DNA of 64,000 nucleotides from NCBI GenBank assembly GCA_973895155.1, contig OZ316897.1, positions 16,970,058 to 17,034,057 on the forward strand, written 5' to 3'. Below the pieces are notes generated by a model. It saw only the letters and a list, made by a program, of their open reading frames with translations, was not told where the DNA came from and made no database searches. The position numbers and the translations under genes were made by a program. Origin of the DNA: Marsupella aquatica. Taxonomy: Eukaryota > Plantae > Marchantiophyta. Positions 1-13,800 of this stretch are shown one piece after another (position 1 is the first letter of the stretch; the number at the start of each line of letters is the position of its first letter).

Positions 1-2603
1 TAATTCCTCATTGTACAATACCTGGATGTATTCTTCTTTAATATTTCTTCTATTCTAAAAGTATTGGCAATCCTTGGTCACTGCAAATGTCAGTGTGTCA
101 TCTGCAGACTGCACGGTGACGTGCAAGGTCCGTTACATCATCACACTAATGTAAAAGCTGATGATCGACGACAACTTACCGCGTGGGTCGCGAGCTTTTT
201 GCTGGTTGTTGCAACGTAGCCTTGCATTTAGTGGTTAGCTACGAATGGACAGCTTGTCTTCGACGTAATCCAGTTTGATCTTTGCAGTGGATCCTGATCT
301 AATCTAAGAAAAGTGTCAAGTGGGTATCTGTACATGATGGACCCTAAAACTTGTATAGCGTTTCAAATTTCCAGTTATTTCTCGAGGTGAATGTCTACCC
401 ATGTAGGATTGCTCTGCTCTGGCGAGTCATTTTGGAGCTGGGTTAGGCAGTTTGGTATTCTTTGTAATTGTATCATTATTCACAATCCGATCAGAACAAT
501 TAGATAGAGTGCTCAGAGGGCATTGAAATATGTATCGTCTTTAGTTTGTGGGGATTACTGGTGGGAGTTTTGCTCGTGAGGGCCTCGTTAGGTCCGAACA
601 GGTGCTACCGAGAAAAACAGATGAATCTTAGTTTGATAGTACAGCCGTTGATTCGATACCGCGCATCGATGTACATCTTTGCTTGCCATCAACCCAAATC
701 AACGCGAGAAGTTTCAGCAACAACTGTTGAGCTTCTTCGATTCTGTCATACGTTCAAGGCATTCCAACCACAAAAATATCAAAGAAAATTCATCTAATAA
801 CTCGACCCAGCTAGCGGGCTGGAATCTCAAAAGTCAACGATTATTAAGTTGATATCCTCCACTTGAATGGGGTAAATCTATTTGTTGCATGGCCAACTTT
901 CAGAAGCTTCTTCGGCAGTCTCCCCTGTCACATAGCATCCCTAGCCTTATCTCACTATTATGCGCTAGTTAGAACGAATGATAATCACGCATCATCTATG
1001 TCATTCATAAGCTCATGCATAGGTCAGAGCTTGTGTCATACATAGCTCAGCTTCCATTTCCATTTTTCTAGTAAAAGTGACTAAAAACTTAAATTCGGGT
1101 GCGCCGTTTACACAATCAGATTGTGAGATTGTGTAGAAAACGAGAGCTAGATATCTTTTGGATTTGGATTAGTATCTTGATTACAGAGTGATTTACGAGA
1201 TAACATGCTAATCAAGGATTGCCTCCATCCTTCTAAAGTACCATTCATTCACTGTCGTATCCTTTGTCGGAAGAAAAATGAAAATCATAGAAGGATTAGC
1301 CACAACCCGAGCCATGCAGCCTCTGTTAATTAAGGAGAACACAGCCCCGTCAAACGAAGGCATAAGGTCAGTGGCTGCACCTCGTCACACAAAACGAGGC
1401 ACAAAGGGAAAATTACGATCCCCAGACAGACCAATCCTATCTAGTAAACTCTATATTCCTATATTAAGTAAGAGCGACAGGAACCCAAGTATTTCAAAAC
1501 GGCAATTAACATATGCATCTGTTCAGGTTGCTGTCAATTGCTTGACCCAGTTTGCACTTCATTTGTTTCCTCTGAGTTATCCAAAGAGAGACCAGGCCCA
1601 GCATCCCAGCAAGTGGTCCCTGGAGTTGGCAGTAATTCCCATGATTCCAATTCTTTTGCCAACAATAGATAAGGTGTAACGGCCTAAGAACAGTAAGAAG
1701 TGGTCCATGGTCTGGGAAGTACTGTAATTGACTGAGTCTGACTTATTTGTTCCCAGATGGAGAGCAGCGCGGCAATACAGCTCAATAACAAAAGGTTCCT
1801 TGACTTAGCTAGAAGACCGAGTTAAGGTTTATTGTTTCCAGGCTGGGGTGTTCCCAACGAGCGAAAAGGCTGGCGACCCCGTCATGTCCTGGTCCTTTGT
1901 TTTTTCTTCACTTTAAAAAATTTTGTAAATCAACCTTTTAAAGCAAGAAAAGCCACCACCAGAGCCAAAGTTCTCTCGAGGCAAAAAACAAACGAAGAGA
2001 AGCAAGGCTTTACGTACCGCTACTCTTGGAATGAACGGAATTACTCAGTTTCAGTTAATTTGTTTTCAGACCTTCCCAAAGAAATATAAAAGCACAGCAA
2101 CCTCGGCAGGTTTCTGGACGTGGCAGTAAGGCAGTTACCGACTAAGATTCAGCCAATTCAAGTATTCAACTGTACTCCGAGCAACCCGGCTTTTATTGCT
2201 TTATGTTGTCAGGGTGATTGTACTCTCAGACTGATATCGTCTTGACTTGAAACAAATAAGACAAACGTAGTGAGGGACAAGCTTCAATTAATCAAGATTT
2301 CAACCACCAGTCTTCGGAGAGTCATCAGGCAGACTTTTTTTTACTGATGCAATCAAAAGACAACTACAGAAGGATCCAAAGAAAAGAAAGGACAAAAACA
2401 TTGCCGAAAGTGCGCCAAATGAACAAAAAGCAGGTACGAAGACTTCTGAACTTGTCTTGTGTGGAAGGTCAATAAGAAGCTTCCAATCGATCCAACTTTG
2501 AATAGGAGTCTATTTCATGCCCGGTTTCAAGTACGGGCAAACTAGGGGGGCAAACTAGGCATTAGACTAAAAAGACTCTATTTGATGCATATTTGCACTT
2601 ATT

Positions 2604-2830
2604 CCCCGGCCTCCCCCGGCCTCCTCCCGGACCCTGCTGCCCTTCCCCTCCCGGCCCCTCCCCTCACCCGGACCTGGCCTGCCCCGTACTGGCCTCAACT
2701 TAACCATAGAATTGCACCTGGCCCCTCACCTGGACCCGGCCCTGCCCCGCACCCGGCCTCCTCCCCTTCCTCCCTGCCGGCCAGGCCCGGCCCGGCCCTC
2801 CCTCCGGCCCTCCTCCTTGCCTGCCCGGCA
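2604..2830. repeat. C-rich low-complexity tract
   Basis: Dense CCCCGGCC/CCTCC units; the Pro-rich ORF 2582-3022 is a by-product. Confidence 0.7.
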
Positions 2831-3333
2831 AAGCTCACCATTATGAAGATCACTTTTGGTTCCCAATTTGAGAATTATTCTAGGCTTAAACGGCCAAATG
2901 AGGAGTCATGCCTTTTGTTCAATTCACAACTCTTCAACTCCCCATGCCACATTGATCCACAATGTTTCTTTCCCTTTCAATTGATACGCTACATGCTTTA
3001 CTTAGTCCCTATGGATGGATAGACCAATGGTACACAATTCTCTTCTATAATAGGTAGGAGTCTATTATTTCAAATGGACTAAAAAGTTGGCTACTATAAG
3101 ATAAAAACTTGGAAAAAGCTGGGTTTTTCACTTTAAATTTTATATGAAGTATATATAAAGTTTGGTTTACATGTGTTTTTATTCTTTTTCAATATGAGAT
3201 TTAAAAACATTTCTAATCTTGCTGATTGTGATTTTTGTTAAAATATTTCTAAATTTTAAATAGAATAAAAATACTAAAATGCTGGCTAGTTTGTCTGTAG
3301 ACCCCTATATTAAAAAAAAGATATAATTTGGTT

Positions 3334-3609
3334 CTCGGGGGTTTCACTTCCACAAAAATGGCACATCACGTGTGACGAATGATAGAGTCATTTTATTGGT
3401 GTGAAGGAAAGACTTAAAAAAAATTGCTAGAACAATAGGGTCTTTTAAATTCATTTTTGAGACTTATAATAACATTAGGGTCTTTCTAACCAAATTATTA
3501 GAATATTCCAAAAATATTCTAACTTTATAAGGATTAAAAAATATTTTAGGGGGTCCGGGGCCTAAAAATGTCGTAGGGGATTAGGCATCCATATGGTGAG
3601 ACCCCTGAG
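3334..3609 (+). mobile_element. MITE family 1 copy
   Basis: Homologous to 27377-27673; TIRs CTCGGGGGTTTCACT / GGTGAGACCCCTGAG; 8-bp TSD ATTTGGTT. Confidence 0.9.
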
Positions 3610-3764
3610 ATTTGGTTGTTTGCCACATCAAAACAAGTTTGGTTTTTTTTTAAGTTGCATATTTGGATTATTTGAATTGAAAGGTACAAGTCTTGAGTAG
3701 ACTAAAATGAAACATCACATGGTCAATTTGGTAAGTCTTATAAGGAATTAAAAACTTGTTTTTT

Positions 3765-4059
3765 CTCGGGGTCTCACTATATGGGGACCTCTCTATCACC
3801 TGCGACATTTTTAGGCCTCAGAACCCCTAAAATGTAAGAAAAAAATTTATTTTTGAACCCCTGTAAAGTTAGAATACTCTTGGAATATTCTAAAAATTAG
3901 ATTAAAAAGACCCTAATATTCTTATAAGTCTCAAAATTGAATTTAAAAGACCCTATTGTTTTTCTACAAAAATTCTTAAGTCTTCCCTTAGAACAAATCA
4001 AATGACTTTATCCTTCATCGCACATGATATGCTATTTTTGTGGAAGTGAAACCCCCAAA
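3765..4059 (-). mobile_element. MITE family 1 copy, opposite orientation
   Basis: Reverse complement of the same family (CTCGGGGTCTCACTATATGGGGACC...TTTTGTGGAAGTGAAACCCCC); TSD degenerate. Confidence 0.85.
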
Positions 4060-5420
4060 GTTTTTTAAAGAGAGAATTTAGACTGTAACTTTGGGAGAGA
4101 CTAAACCAAACTGAGGAAAAAATTCCATTATTATTTCCAAATGCAGACTTATACTTTAAATGAAACATAAATAAAAAGATAATTTCTATTTGAATAATTG
4201 AAAAAGATTTTAAAAGGCACATCATTTGAATGAAATATTGTAATGAATAATAAATAAAACTTAAAGATCAATCTTTTATAATACATTTTTGAATCAATCA
4301 ATAAACTAAATCTGAGTTTTTACTTATTTTGTGAGTTTTCAAAGAGGTGAAAATTGTATTTGTCCTCTTTTATGAAAATAGGTACTGTTTTTTAAGTGGT
4401 TGGGGAAGTGGTAGCATGAAAAACATAAGAAAATGCATTTTTAAAACATGAAAATACAATGTCTTTTTTATTATGTTTCTTATGAATAATATCATATCCC
4501 AACTCTAGCACCCGCTGTAGCAATTACATAATAACTGTCCACAACAAGGGTTTCTTTTGTCAAAGATGCTACAAACATATAATAAAAGAAGTAAAACAAT
4601 CCTGGCCCTTTATCAAAGTTGATTTTATCAAATCCAGCTAAACACTGTATCTCAAATGTCTACCCAAGTTGATCACTGCTGCCCAAAATGAATATAAGTT
4701 GTTAATATTCTATAAAAATATAAATAAGTAATCTTGAACATTTCAAAAATGAAAATATTTATTTATTATTTAAATTTTAAAATAAAATACCCCCTCTTAT
4801 TGTGTCGCCATGCTTGGGTTACCCAAAGAAGTGATGGTCATCGCACATCTTGCATGCATGCTCTAATCATCACGCTCTTTGACAACAATATTTTTGCAAA
4901 CAACAGAGATATGTAAATGGTGAAACTCAGAAAAGTATGGGTGAGTCAAACCCTAAAAAGAGTAGCAGTAAATCCTCCCCTGAAAGTTCTTAACTCAAAA
5001 TAACTGAAGGTGGGTTAATTTACGAAATGATCCTTCAATTGAATATAGCTTCTTGTGGGCAACGGATATCATCTTGTGATGTGAGGCTTAAGGGGCTGCC
5101 AAACCTTGCTTCCACTTCCAGACTCCACTATAGCAAATGTTCCCCCTTCCCAATGAGATGTCGTTGTGATGATAGAGCTTGCTTGCATCTGACAAAATTT
5201 AGCAAAGCGGCCATCTCTTTACAAAGGTGGGAAAACTTGAAATAAACTAAGCTCAATTAATTTTCTCAGACTTGCCCAACTTCAATTCAAGTTTTGATTG
5301 CACTAGGTGTGCGTGTACATACATCTCAATTTCCACTTCCCCAACTTAAATTCAATTTCAACTCCATTGAATGGGCGTGTACTAAAGTTTGAAATGCACT
5401 TTAGACATGGGTATGCAATT

Positions 5421-5890
5421 TGTCACACCATTCTAGGTAACTGTGTTAGAGTGTATCATACTATCTCGATCCGTATGTTTGGTATGTGTGCTATATGAGC
5501 CGATAAGGTTCCGTCAAGTTTGTGTGAGAGGGTACTTCTCACTTGTGAGACATTGAAAGGTCATCTTTCAATGTTGAGCCTTGGAGAGAGAGGAGCTTGA
5601 GTGTGGCTATGGTGGTTGTGAGCTCCGCTTGTGTAACGTGGATTCCTTGAGCAGTGCAAGGTGCGTTGGCTTGACATACATGTGTGATCGGATCGGTGTG
5701 GGATCGATAGGGTATTGTGGACCGGGATCATTGTGCCGATTGGATTGAGATTATTGTGGGTTTTGGACATGTGTGGACATGAGTTCCACTTGTATTCCAT
5801 TCTCTTGTGTTTGTGATGTGGCAGTGTGACTATGTCTAGATGTATGTGACAAGCGATGTATGTTGTGTAGCAATGTGTATGCGCATGACA
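5421..5890 (+). mobile_element. Solo A-B terminal unit (solo-LTR equivalent) of the element 2 family
   Basis: TGTCACACC...GCGCATGACA is colinear with 44277-44742; 4-bp TSD AATT (5417-5420 / 5891-5894). Confidence 0.93.
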
Positions 5891-7229
5891 AATTTGTAAG
5901 GATCCACCAAAACTAAATTTGTCATTGTCTAGCTGAATTGAAATAAAATCAAACAGAACTCCAATTTGTGACTAGCCCATTCTGAAATGTTAAGGGCACA
6001 AAATTTTAAATCAAAGAAAACAAAAGTGCTCACTAACTCAACCATGACAACAAATGTCAATAGCTAAACAATTAGTTCGTGGACCCCTTGGCTAATAAAA
6101 CTAGGCCCGGAAGAGTCGATCTAAGCCGTCTCCATTTCTTATCTCCGGAAATCTTGTCCGTCCATCATAATGGCCAATCTATGGCTCAAAAGAAAGATCT
6201 CAAATAGATCTATGGATGGGTTCTGTCCGTTTTGCAAATGGGTTAATATTTTTCAAATGAAAAATTAAACAAATCCAAGCCTTCCTAGCCGTCGATTTTG
6301 TTGATTTTACGATCTTTGTCGTCCATTTTGTAACATTGCCTCTAGAAATCTTATTCATCCATGTTAGAAGGCGATCTAGGGTGTAAAAGAAAGATCTCAA
6401 TGAGATCTACGACTGGGTATTTTTTGTTTTGAGAATGAGTAAATAATATTGAGTATAAAATTCGATGAAATTTCAAGATTCCAGCCATTCCTCCTCCCCG
6501 ATCCTGGGTTTCTATGTGCTCTTCCCAACATTAATGGTCATACAATACAAGAGGTCCTTACATACCGGGAGTTGCGGTTTAACAAGGAAGTTATCAAGTT
6601 AGTTATTAGTCATTATTTATTATATGAAGAATACTTTTTATAAATCTTTGAATTTAAGTTTTAAAATTGGAAATGTAACTAAAACGGTTACATAGTGATA
6701 GTTTTAACCGTCTTGCTCTTTGCATTTCCAATGTTTTTACTTTTCTTTCTATGGCACGGTGTCCCAAAAATTACACCCAAATTGACACAAACACGAATGA
6801 AAATTACAAGTTTGATTCACAAAACCGACGAGTCTTGTTTGTTGCGGTTGTTGTTGACGTGGCACGATGTGGTGCCAGGAATTTTGGAAGGGACCTCTAG
6901 TGGGGTCCGTAAAAAGAACCACCAAAGCAGAAATTGTCACTAGCTTAACTGAAACAAAATTGTAAATAACCAAAAGGAGATTAGGAATGACTTCAAACTA
7001 AGAGCTGGAATTTGTAACTATCAACCAGAGCACTATCAGCACAATTGCTTTGATGATGAACCTAAGTTAAAAACAAATGGAACATTTACGGTAGCACAAA
7101 GGATATATGCTCGTATTGAAGAGCACGGACCATTCTACTTGGACATGTCCATCTCAAAAGAGTGTCAATACCAATCATTTCTAGTCTCTTCCTTGTTGTG
7201 CACTGAAGGTCCTCACTGCTTTTCTTCTG

Positions 7230-7885
7230 ACACATCACATGCAAAGAAGTTAGGGTTTTTTTAATTATATAGTGCGGAGGATACTTTAATAATTTTTTGA
7301 AGAAAAGTAGGGTGTTTTAATCCATATTTGAGAATTATAAGAACTCAAAGGGGTTTTCAATTTGAAAATTTAAAATAGTCTTAGAATATTCCATAATTTT
7401 AGGGATCAAATAGTAAAAATATTCATTTAAAAAAAATTAAAAATATTTAAAGGGAAAATCTGTGAAACCTCACAGAAAGTGATAGTGAACCACAATATTT
7501 GAACTTTAGACCTATCATGAGTCACAACCCAAGTGAGTTACCACATAGCCATGCCTCTCTAGGCAATTTAGTATTTTCTTAAGTTTTAGTATATTGATTA
7601 CTTGAAAACTTCACACATGATATTGAATTTAGATTTTATTTTTGGAAATTTTTTTGGAAGAACATTATATTCGGGTGGTTTAAATTCATATTTTGGAAAA
7701 TATATTCGAAAGAACATAGGGTCTTTTAAATTCAAGTTTGAGTCTTGTACAAAGTTTGAGTTAAAATTTAAGTCTATTACAATAATATTCCTATTGTTGT
7801 TAAAAATTTAACAAATTTAAGGGGTCTGAGGCTTCAACACATGTTGCAGGTGATGAGGGGGACTAGATATAATCAGACCCCCTAG
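7230..7885 (+). mobile_element. Two degraded relics related to MITE family 1 (about 7230-7450 and 7690-7885)
   Basis: Blocks such as TAGGGTCTTTTAAATTCA, GGGGTCTGAGGC and ...AGACCCCC resemble the family interior and right end. Confidence 0.5.
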
Positions 7886-10800
7886 GGAAATGAGTTTTGA
7901 AACCCTGAGTATAGTCATTAAACCCAACCTGGCCTGGATGGCCGCATTGACACATGCTTTGACTCACTTGTATTCTTTGCCTTGACATGCGCAACCCACA
8001 CGCATTGGGCTGGGGTAGTTATAAACGAAAGGCTCATAGAATAACATGAAACTAATCTCTTCTGGAATTAAGAAATTTAAATGGGTGACAATTAAAATAT
8101 GGAAGTGCCTGTTGACAAGTAAAATACAATAGTTTACATAGGACTAGGGAGATGATAAAGGGGCTCATGGCTACAGTGCAAGTTTCCGTTAACACAATAG
8201 TTTGTAGTCAGCAAACAATTGTCCAGCAAAGACAGTGACTAAGAAAGGATAAAAGGCTTGATAGATTGCCAATTTCAACAACAAATCTACAGTCGGAGAC
8301 AACTTATTAGTGAAGTCGTCCAGGTTGAAGATCGACAGAGACGATGTCTACATGACAGCGCAGCCCAGTTGCGTCACCCTAAACCTGCAACATGGTCATT
8401 GAGGGGTTTTAGATTGATAGAAGGAAAACAAGTGCCAATCATACGTAGAAGCGAAGAAAAAGTCTCCGCTTCTAGAATGTTTCCGCTTAAAGAATTCTGC
8501 TGGGTAGCTACTTTGGCTCAGCGATTGCTTCGACCGATGATCTTGGGCACTAGATAATAAAATTTTCGAAGAGAAGTGAAAGTCACGCATGTGGTAACTT
8601 GGAGTCAAATCGCTTTTGACGCTCCTCAAGAATAAAATCCTATGCTGGAGACTTATCTTGTGAAATACTTATCTTAGGCAACTCAAACTCCTGCTAGATT
8701 TACATAGAGGTAATCTTCTTCAGTAATTAGAAGTAGAGGATGGACATAAATCTGAGTATCAATAAAATTTATAAGAATGACACTGTTCCCAATCAAATCC
8801 AGGAGACTATTTTGAGGTGGAAAGCTGAAAGCTCTGACTTAAAGCAACCATGGGATCACGTTTTGCAGCCGCTTCGAGCTCATAATGAGGGTTGTGAACT
8901 TGAGGAATGAGGAGTGAGAGATGCTGACATGGTTATGTCAATGTCCACATTAATGACACTCATATTTAAAGTGATGATTACGCAACTCAAAATGTGGCCA
9001 TGATTACGTGTTTGAACTTCAGTCCGGACAGCTTCCAGCAATCTAGATCTGTCATTCTGTCGGCTTAAATTTCCACTAACCTTTAACGTTTCTGACAGAA
9101 AAGTACACCACAAGTTGACATTGCTTTCGTTTCCTGGAAAAGTCACATAAAGTAGTTACATGATCTCGCACATTCCTGTGGCTCTGTAGAATAAGTTGAG
9201 CTTCTTGCGTGCAAAAAACAAACAAAAATATTTTTTTCGCCAGGTCACACCGCTTACAGTAGCTATGGTAGAAAGAGACACTCGTTGAACACCTACCCAG
9301 CTACCGGTTTTAGATAATGCCTTATCCGGAGTCCTGCACACGCTTACACCTGCACCTTCTTGCTGGCTTTTATCTTAAAGGTTTATCATTACTATTTGAA
9401 ATTTGAAATAATTATATGGGACTGAAATATAACCAACACTTCAAAACTCGAACTATAATACACTAGTTTTTGCGGTGACGACTTATGAATCCCCTCAGCT
9501 CTTGGCCCTTGTCACAATGTTTGTTTTACTATTTTCCAATTTTTCAAAAACAAATTTGGGGGTGGAAGCTGTCAGTGTGAAGAAAACAGCATATAGCTGG
9601 CTCACACAACTGACCAATCAGGGAAGACAAAAGTTGCAAGAAAGCAAATAGATTATAGTTATTGAATCTTCTCGACAATCACTATATAGAGTGCAATACT
9701 CCCAAGTAGAACATGCTCTTGAAGTAACGCTTTCAAAGCGGATCCAACTTAGTTATGAAAAATTGTCAAAGCACAAATTCAACTAGCCTTGGCCAGGCCA
9801 TGCATATAGCAAAAGCTCTCAATCTTTGGTACCTGGAATGTAATATTGTTCTACACTCTCTAGCTCCGAGTTTATCAGGCCCTACACATACTAGGAGCAA
9901 GTTCGTATTGCTATTTTTACTTTGGAGTCTCCGCCAGGTTATTGTCTTAAGTGTCGAATGATCCATTCATTGCCTTCACATAGCACACGGTTATAAATAC
10001 AAGCACCCGTTACTAGGCGTAACATCGGGTTTTGTATATATGTGGCAATGTCCACCTGACTTTGACTTCACCTTGACTTAAATCATTTTGTTTTTGGAGT
10101 ACTGTAGCTACGGCTGTAACAGGATTCCCGTGTCTTGAACTGTACACTAGCTGGTGAATCTCCCAGTTCGGGCTGAATAACATATTGGAATGTATTACTC
10201 GCTGTAATTTCTGCGAAAGGAATGGTGAACCCCCACAAAGCTCAATCAATTCAATGCAAAGCTTATCAAGGTAAGAGATTAGACCGAGTGTGGCTGCCGG
10301 TGGTTTGTATTTTGGACTTCAAAGAGGTGTGGTATCAGAATTCTACATTTAATTCTACATTGAATTCTCGGCTTTAGTTTGGTGCCAGACAGCTTGACAT
10401 TCAAATATCAACACCGTTCGGTTCGGTTTCCACCAAAGGCAGAGGACCTGAATAGTATCTGTAGAGAGACCGATACTCCAGTTACTGGGAATCTTCCTTC
10501 CAGCTGAAATTTCTCAGTCCAATGACGGTTTCAGATCTACCTCATATTTGCTTCTGTCATATCATACATGACTTTCTATTGACTTTGTCGATATGATGCC
10601 CCAGTTGTATTTTTGATTGTTAATATATGAAATCCATCATTCTCCAGAGTACAAAATAATTTGGGAAAGACCAATACAAAAACGAATTTGATGATATTTC
10701 CACTTCTGCTGCTGCAAGCCGCCATCTTCGGCGTCATCCAAACATTAAAACTTAAACAAATGAAACAAGCACTGGCAGTTTGAAAAGAATGGATCATTGG

Positions 10801-13800
10801 CGAGAATACAACTCAGCTTCTAAGGCAGACACACACAGGTATTCTCTTCCGAAACCTATAGTGCGCAATGAAAGACCCAACAGTCTACGTACAAACTACA
10901 AACCTTGTAACACAAGCCATAATCCGAAATTGGGATGGATTTCCAGGATCGAGTAATTATTAATTCTTAGTGAACAGTCGAGGAAAGTCACTTTTATCCA
11001 GATTAGTAGAATTTCCATGCCAATAAGCACGACAATGCATTCAAAGTTGTCTTAGTGACTTCTGTTTTCATCCACGTCCGTTTTGACCATCAATTTTAAG
11101 TTGAACATGACCGATCAAGCTGCTGAGGACACGTTCCTTGAAAGACAGACGCAACCTAGCTTGTCAGTGCCACTTGAACTTGTTTAGCAGGTTTCTGAGA
11201 GAGCACTAATCATCCTGTCATGGTGCGCCGATCTTGTGGTCCACTAGAAGTTTGTCTGAATCGCCTTATTTGTTGACAACAAGAACTCTCTTTCGCTCAT
11301 GTCTCCTCGTAATCCGCTGCTGAAAATGCTCGAGTGTCTTTGACTTTGTAACGCGTTATGTCCAAGTGAGTTGTGTGAGGGCCTAGCTAGGAACTAGGGA
11401 AGTAAACTCATCCAAATTATGTATCACCCCATCAATGTGTTGACCCAGGGTCAAGGGAGTTATAGTTGCACGAAGAAACCTATGCTGCAGAGGGTTCTGT
11501 CTGTATACGGCTGCCAGAGGCTCAGACAGAACAGGACGTTGGTAGTTCACATCTCACTCTCAACAGGACTGCACACGCATTACCCCACTAACTTGGTGCC
11601 GTGCTGACAGTAGTCACACTGTTTTGCCTTTAAAATCTTTTGAAATTCATCGAGAAAGACATCTCCATACAGACAGCGAGGGCGGCCCAAAAAAGGGTAT
11701 ATTAAGCGCCACCGGAAATGAAGGCCTGAGACTAAACTCTTCCTAGATGCTCCAAGAAAATGAAAAAATCTTGTAATGAAAGATGACCCTAGAAACTTTA
11801 CCAAATGTTTTGATCTGGGGGGGTTCTTAGTATGGGATTCACGGTGGAAATGTTCCTACTCCATGACTGTACAGCTTGTTAAACAACCCCCTCGAACCCT
11901 CCTTCAAGGAACTGGAAGTTAGAAAGGAAGCATCAATGAATCATATGATTGTGGGTGGTCAATCATGTGATGACAAATCATGTTTTTCAAATTGTTACCC
12001 CTGTACATTCCCGCACTATTTCAAAGTACTTCACTAAAATGAATAAAATGTCACTTACTTGATTCTCAACTCAAAAAAGTTTTAAAATTTACCCCCAGGT
12101 TTTCACGACTCCAATATATATAGTAGTCATGGTTGTCTTTGGCATTTGGTACACAAGGAAGACTCATCTGCAATACCTCTGATGGAAGGTTGCTTGTGTT
12201 ACTTTGACAATATTAGTTGTATTTGGCAGCTCATACAATCTAGTATATCGATCTAGGGCCACCATCAGGGGTGCTTCATCGCAATTGGGATGCTGGTATT
12301 ATGTGTTCAAGACCCGAGTTGGAACCCACAGAACAAATATTTCCCCCACAAGTCTAATATATACAGAATTGTACAATCTTGCATGGGTGAGAAAAGAAGA
12401 TTGAGCTCTTCCAAACAATCCAAACAATGACACAAGCCAGAAATCTTTCACTCCCGCTTTCACTCTATTTTCAATGAGAACCTTTCTTGCCACTGAAGAA
12501 ATACGGAAACTGTTCTTGCACGTATGATCTCTCGTATTATGAAAAGTAATTTTACTACCTACAGCCCCATAATGTTGTGATATTAGTTATGGGAGCATGC
12601 CTTCGTTGTGACATCTAGGATCGTGGAATAAACATATCACCAAACTAAGAGTCCACAAAGTCCAGAAGGAGAAAGGGCATAAAAGTACTCATGTACTCAG
12701 TGCATATTAAGTAAACCTCTCTCAATATGCAAGGCTTAATAGGAACAAGTGCATGTATTGAAATCAAAAGTAATGTAAACCATTAACTGGATGACGAGAT
12801 CGGTCCAGAACGTCTTAGTAAGAAATTCTTGTCCAACGATTTGTAGGGAGGACAAGCTCCCGGACAAGCTATGTCTGAATTGTCCAACGATGTATATGGA
12901 GGGACAAGCTATGTCTCAAGTGCTTTGAAAATTAAAATTTCGAAGAGTATTGGGCATAGCGAAACAAATTCCTTGAAGGTTATCCCCCAAACTGTGTGGA
13001 TTGTGTCTTTTGCATGCCTCACTTTCCATGTGAGCTTCCTGCTTCAAGGCAGGGGGAGCCTTTTATGCACTTAGTGGAACCTTTGCGCGTACATTGCTCT
13101 TCAGCCTTCAGGGTGCCCCTTTGTGGGTGCCGAGATTTTGGAAGCACAATGCTGTAGCCAAGTCAACCCGACCAGCACTTGCACGGCACTCTACAGAAAA
13201 CTCCTGGGACGTTGACCTCGTATATTTGTGCATGTCCTCACAGGAACCAAGATTTTATGCACTTCCGATCAATTCTGCCAAGTCTCTGACAAACAGAACA
13301 TGTAAAGGACCGTCAGGTAATGGCGGGTCTTGGTCAGGAATGGGGAGTTTACTGTAAGTTGTGTGGGTCTCCTCACATTTATCTCCCCGAATCGTTTCTG
13401 GTTCTGCACATGTGTACAAACTGGACACGATCTCTCGTTGACTTACTGCTGTGATATTACGTCACAGGGTGATTTGAACCAAGGCAGCGGGAGCAAGTTT
13501 GCGGCCTCTGATCACACGCGAAGTAAGTGAACTTGCCAATAAAAGCATCCATTCGGCGAAATGGAAGCGCAGTCATGGGTTGGTCGCGCGCAACAATTTC
13601 CGGTCTAGCTTGTTCAACTGGTGAGGGCAGGTACGTTATTGATCAAACCCAGCGATCAGCAACGCGTGACGCAACACCGTGCCCCACCCCAGTAGAGAAG
13701 GTGCCCATCGACGGTCGACCCAGCTCGAATTGGCTGCGCTACAACTGTTGAAAGCCAATTTAAGCTCTCTATGAACTGTACTACTATTAAATTTTTCAAT

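Noticed and set aside
2582-3022. Pro-rich 146-aa ORF (and the Gly-rich ORFs at 20903-21182)
   Set aside because: Translations of low-complexity C- or G-rich tracts with no domain or splice evidence.
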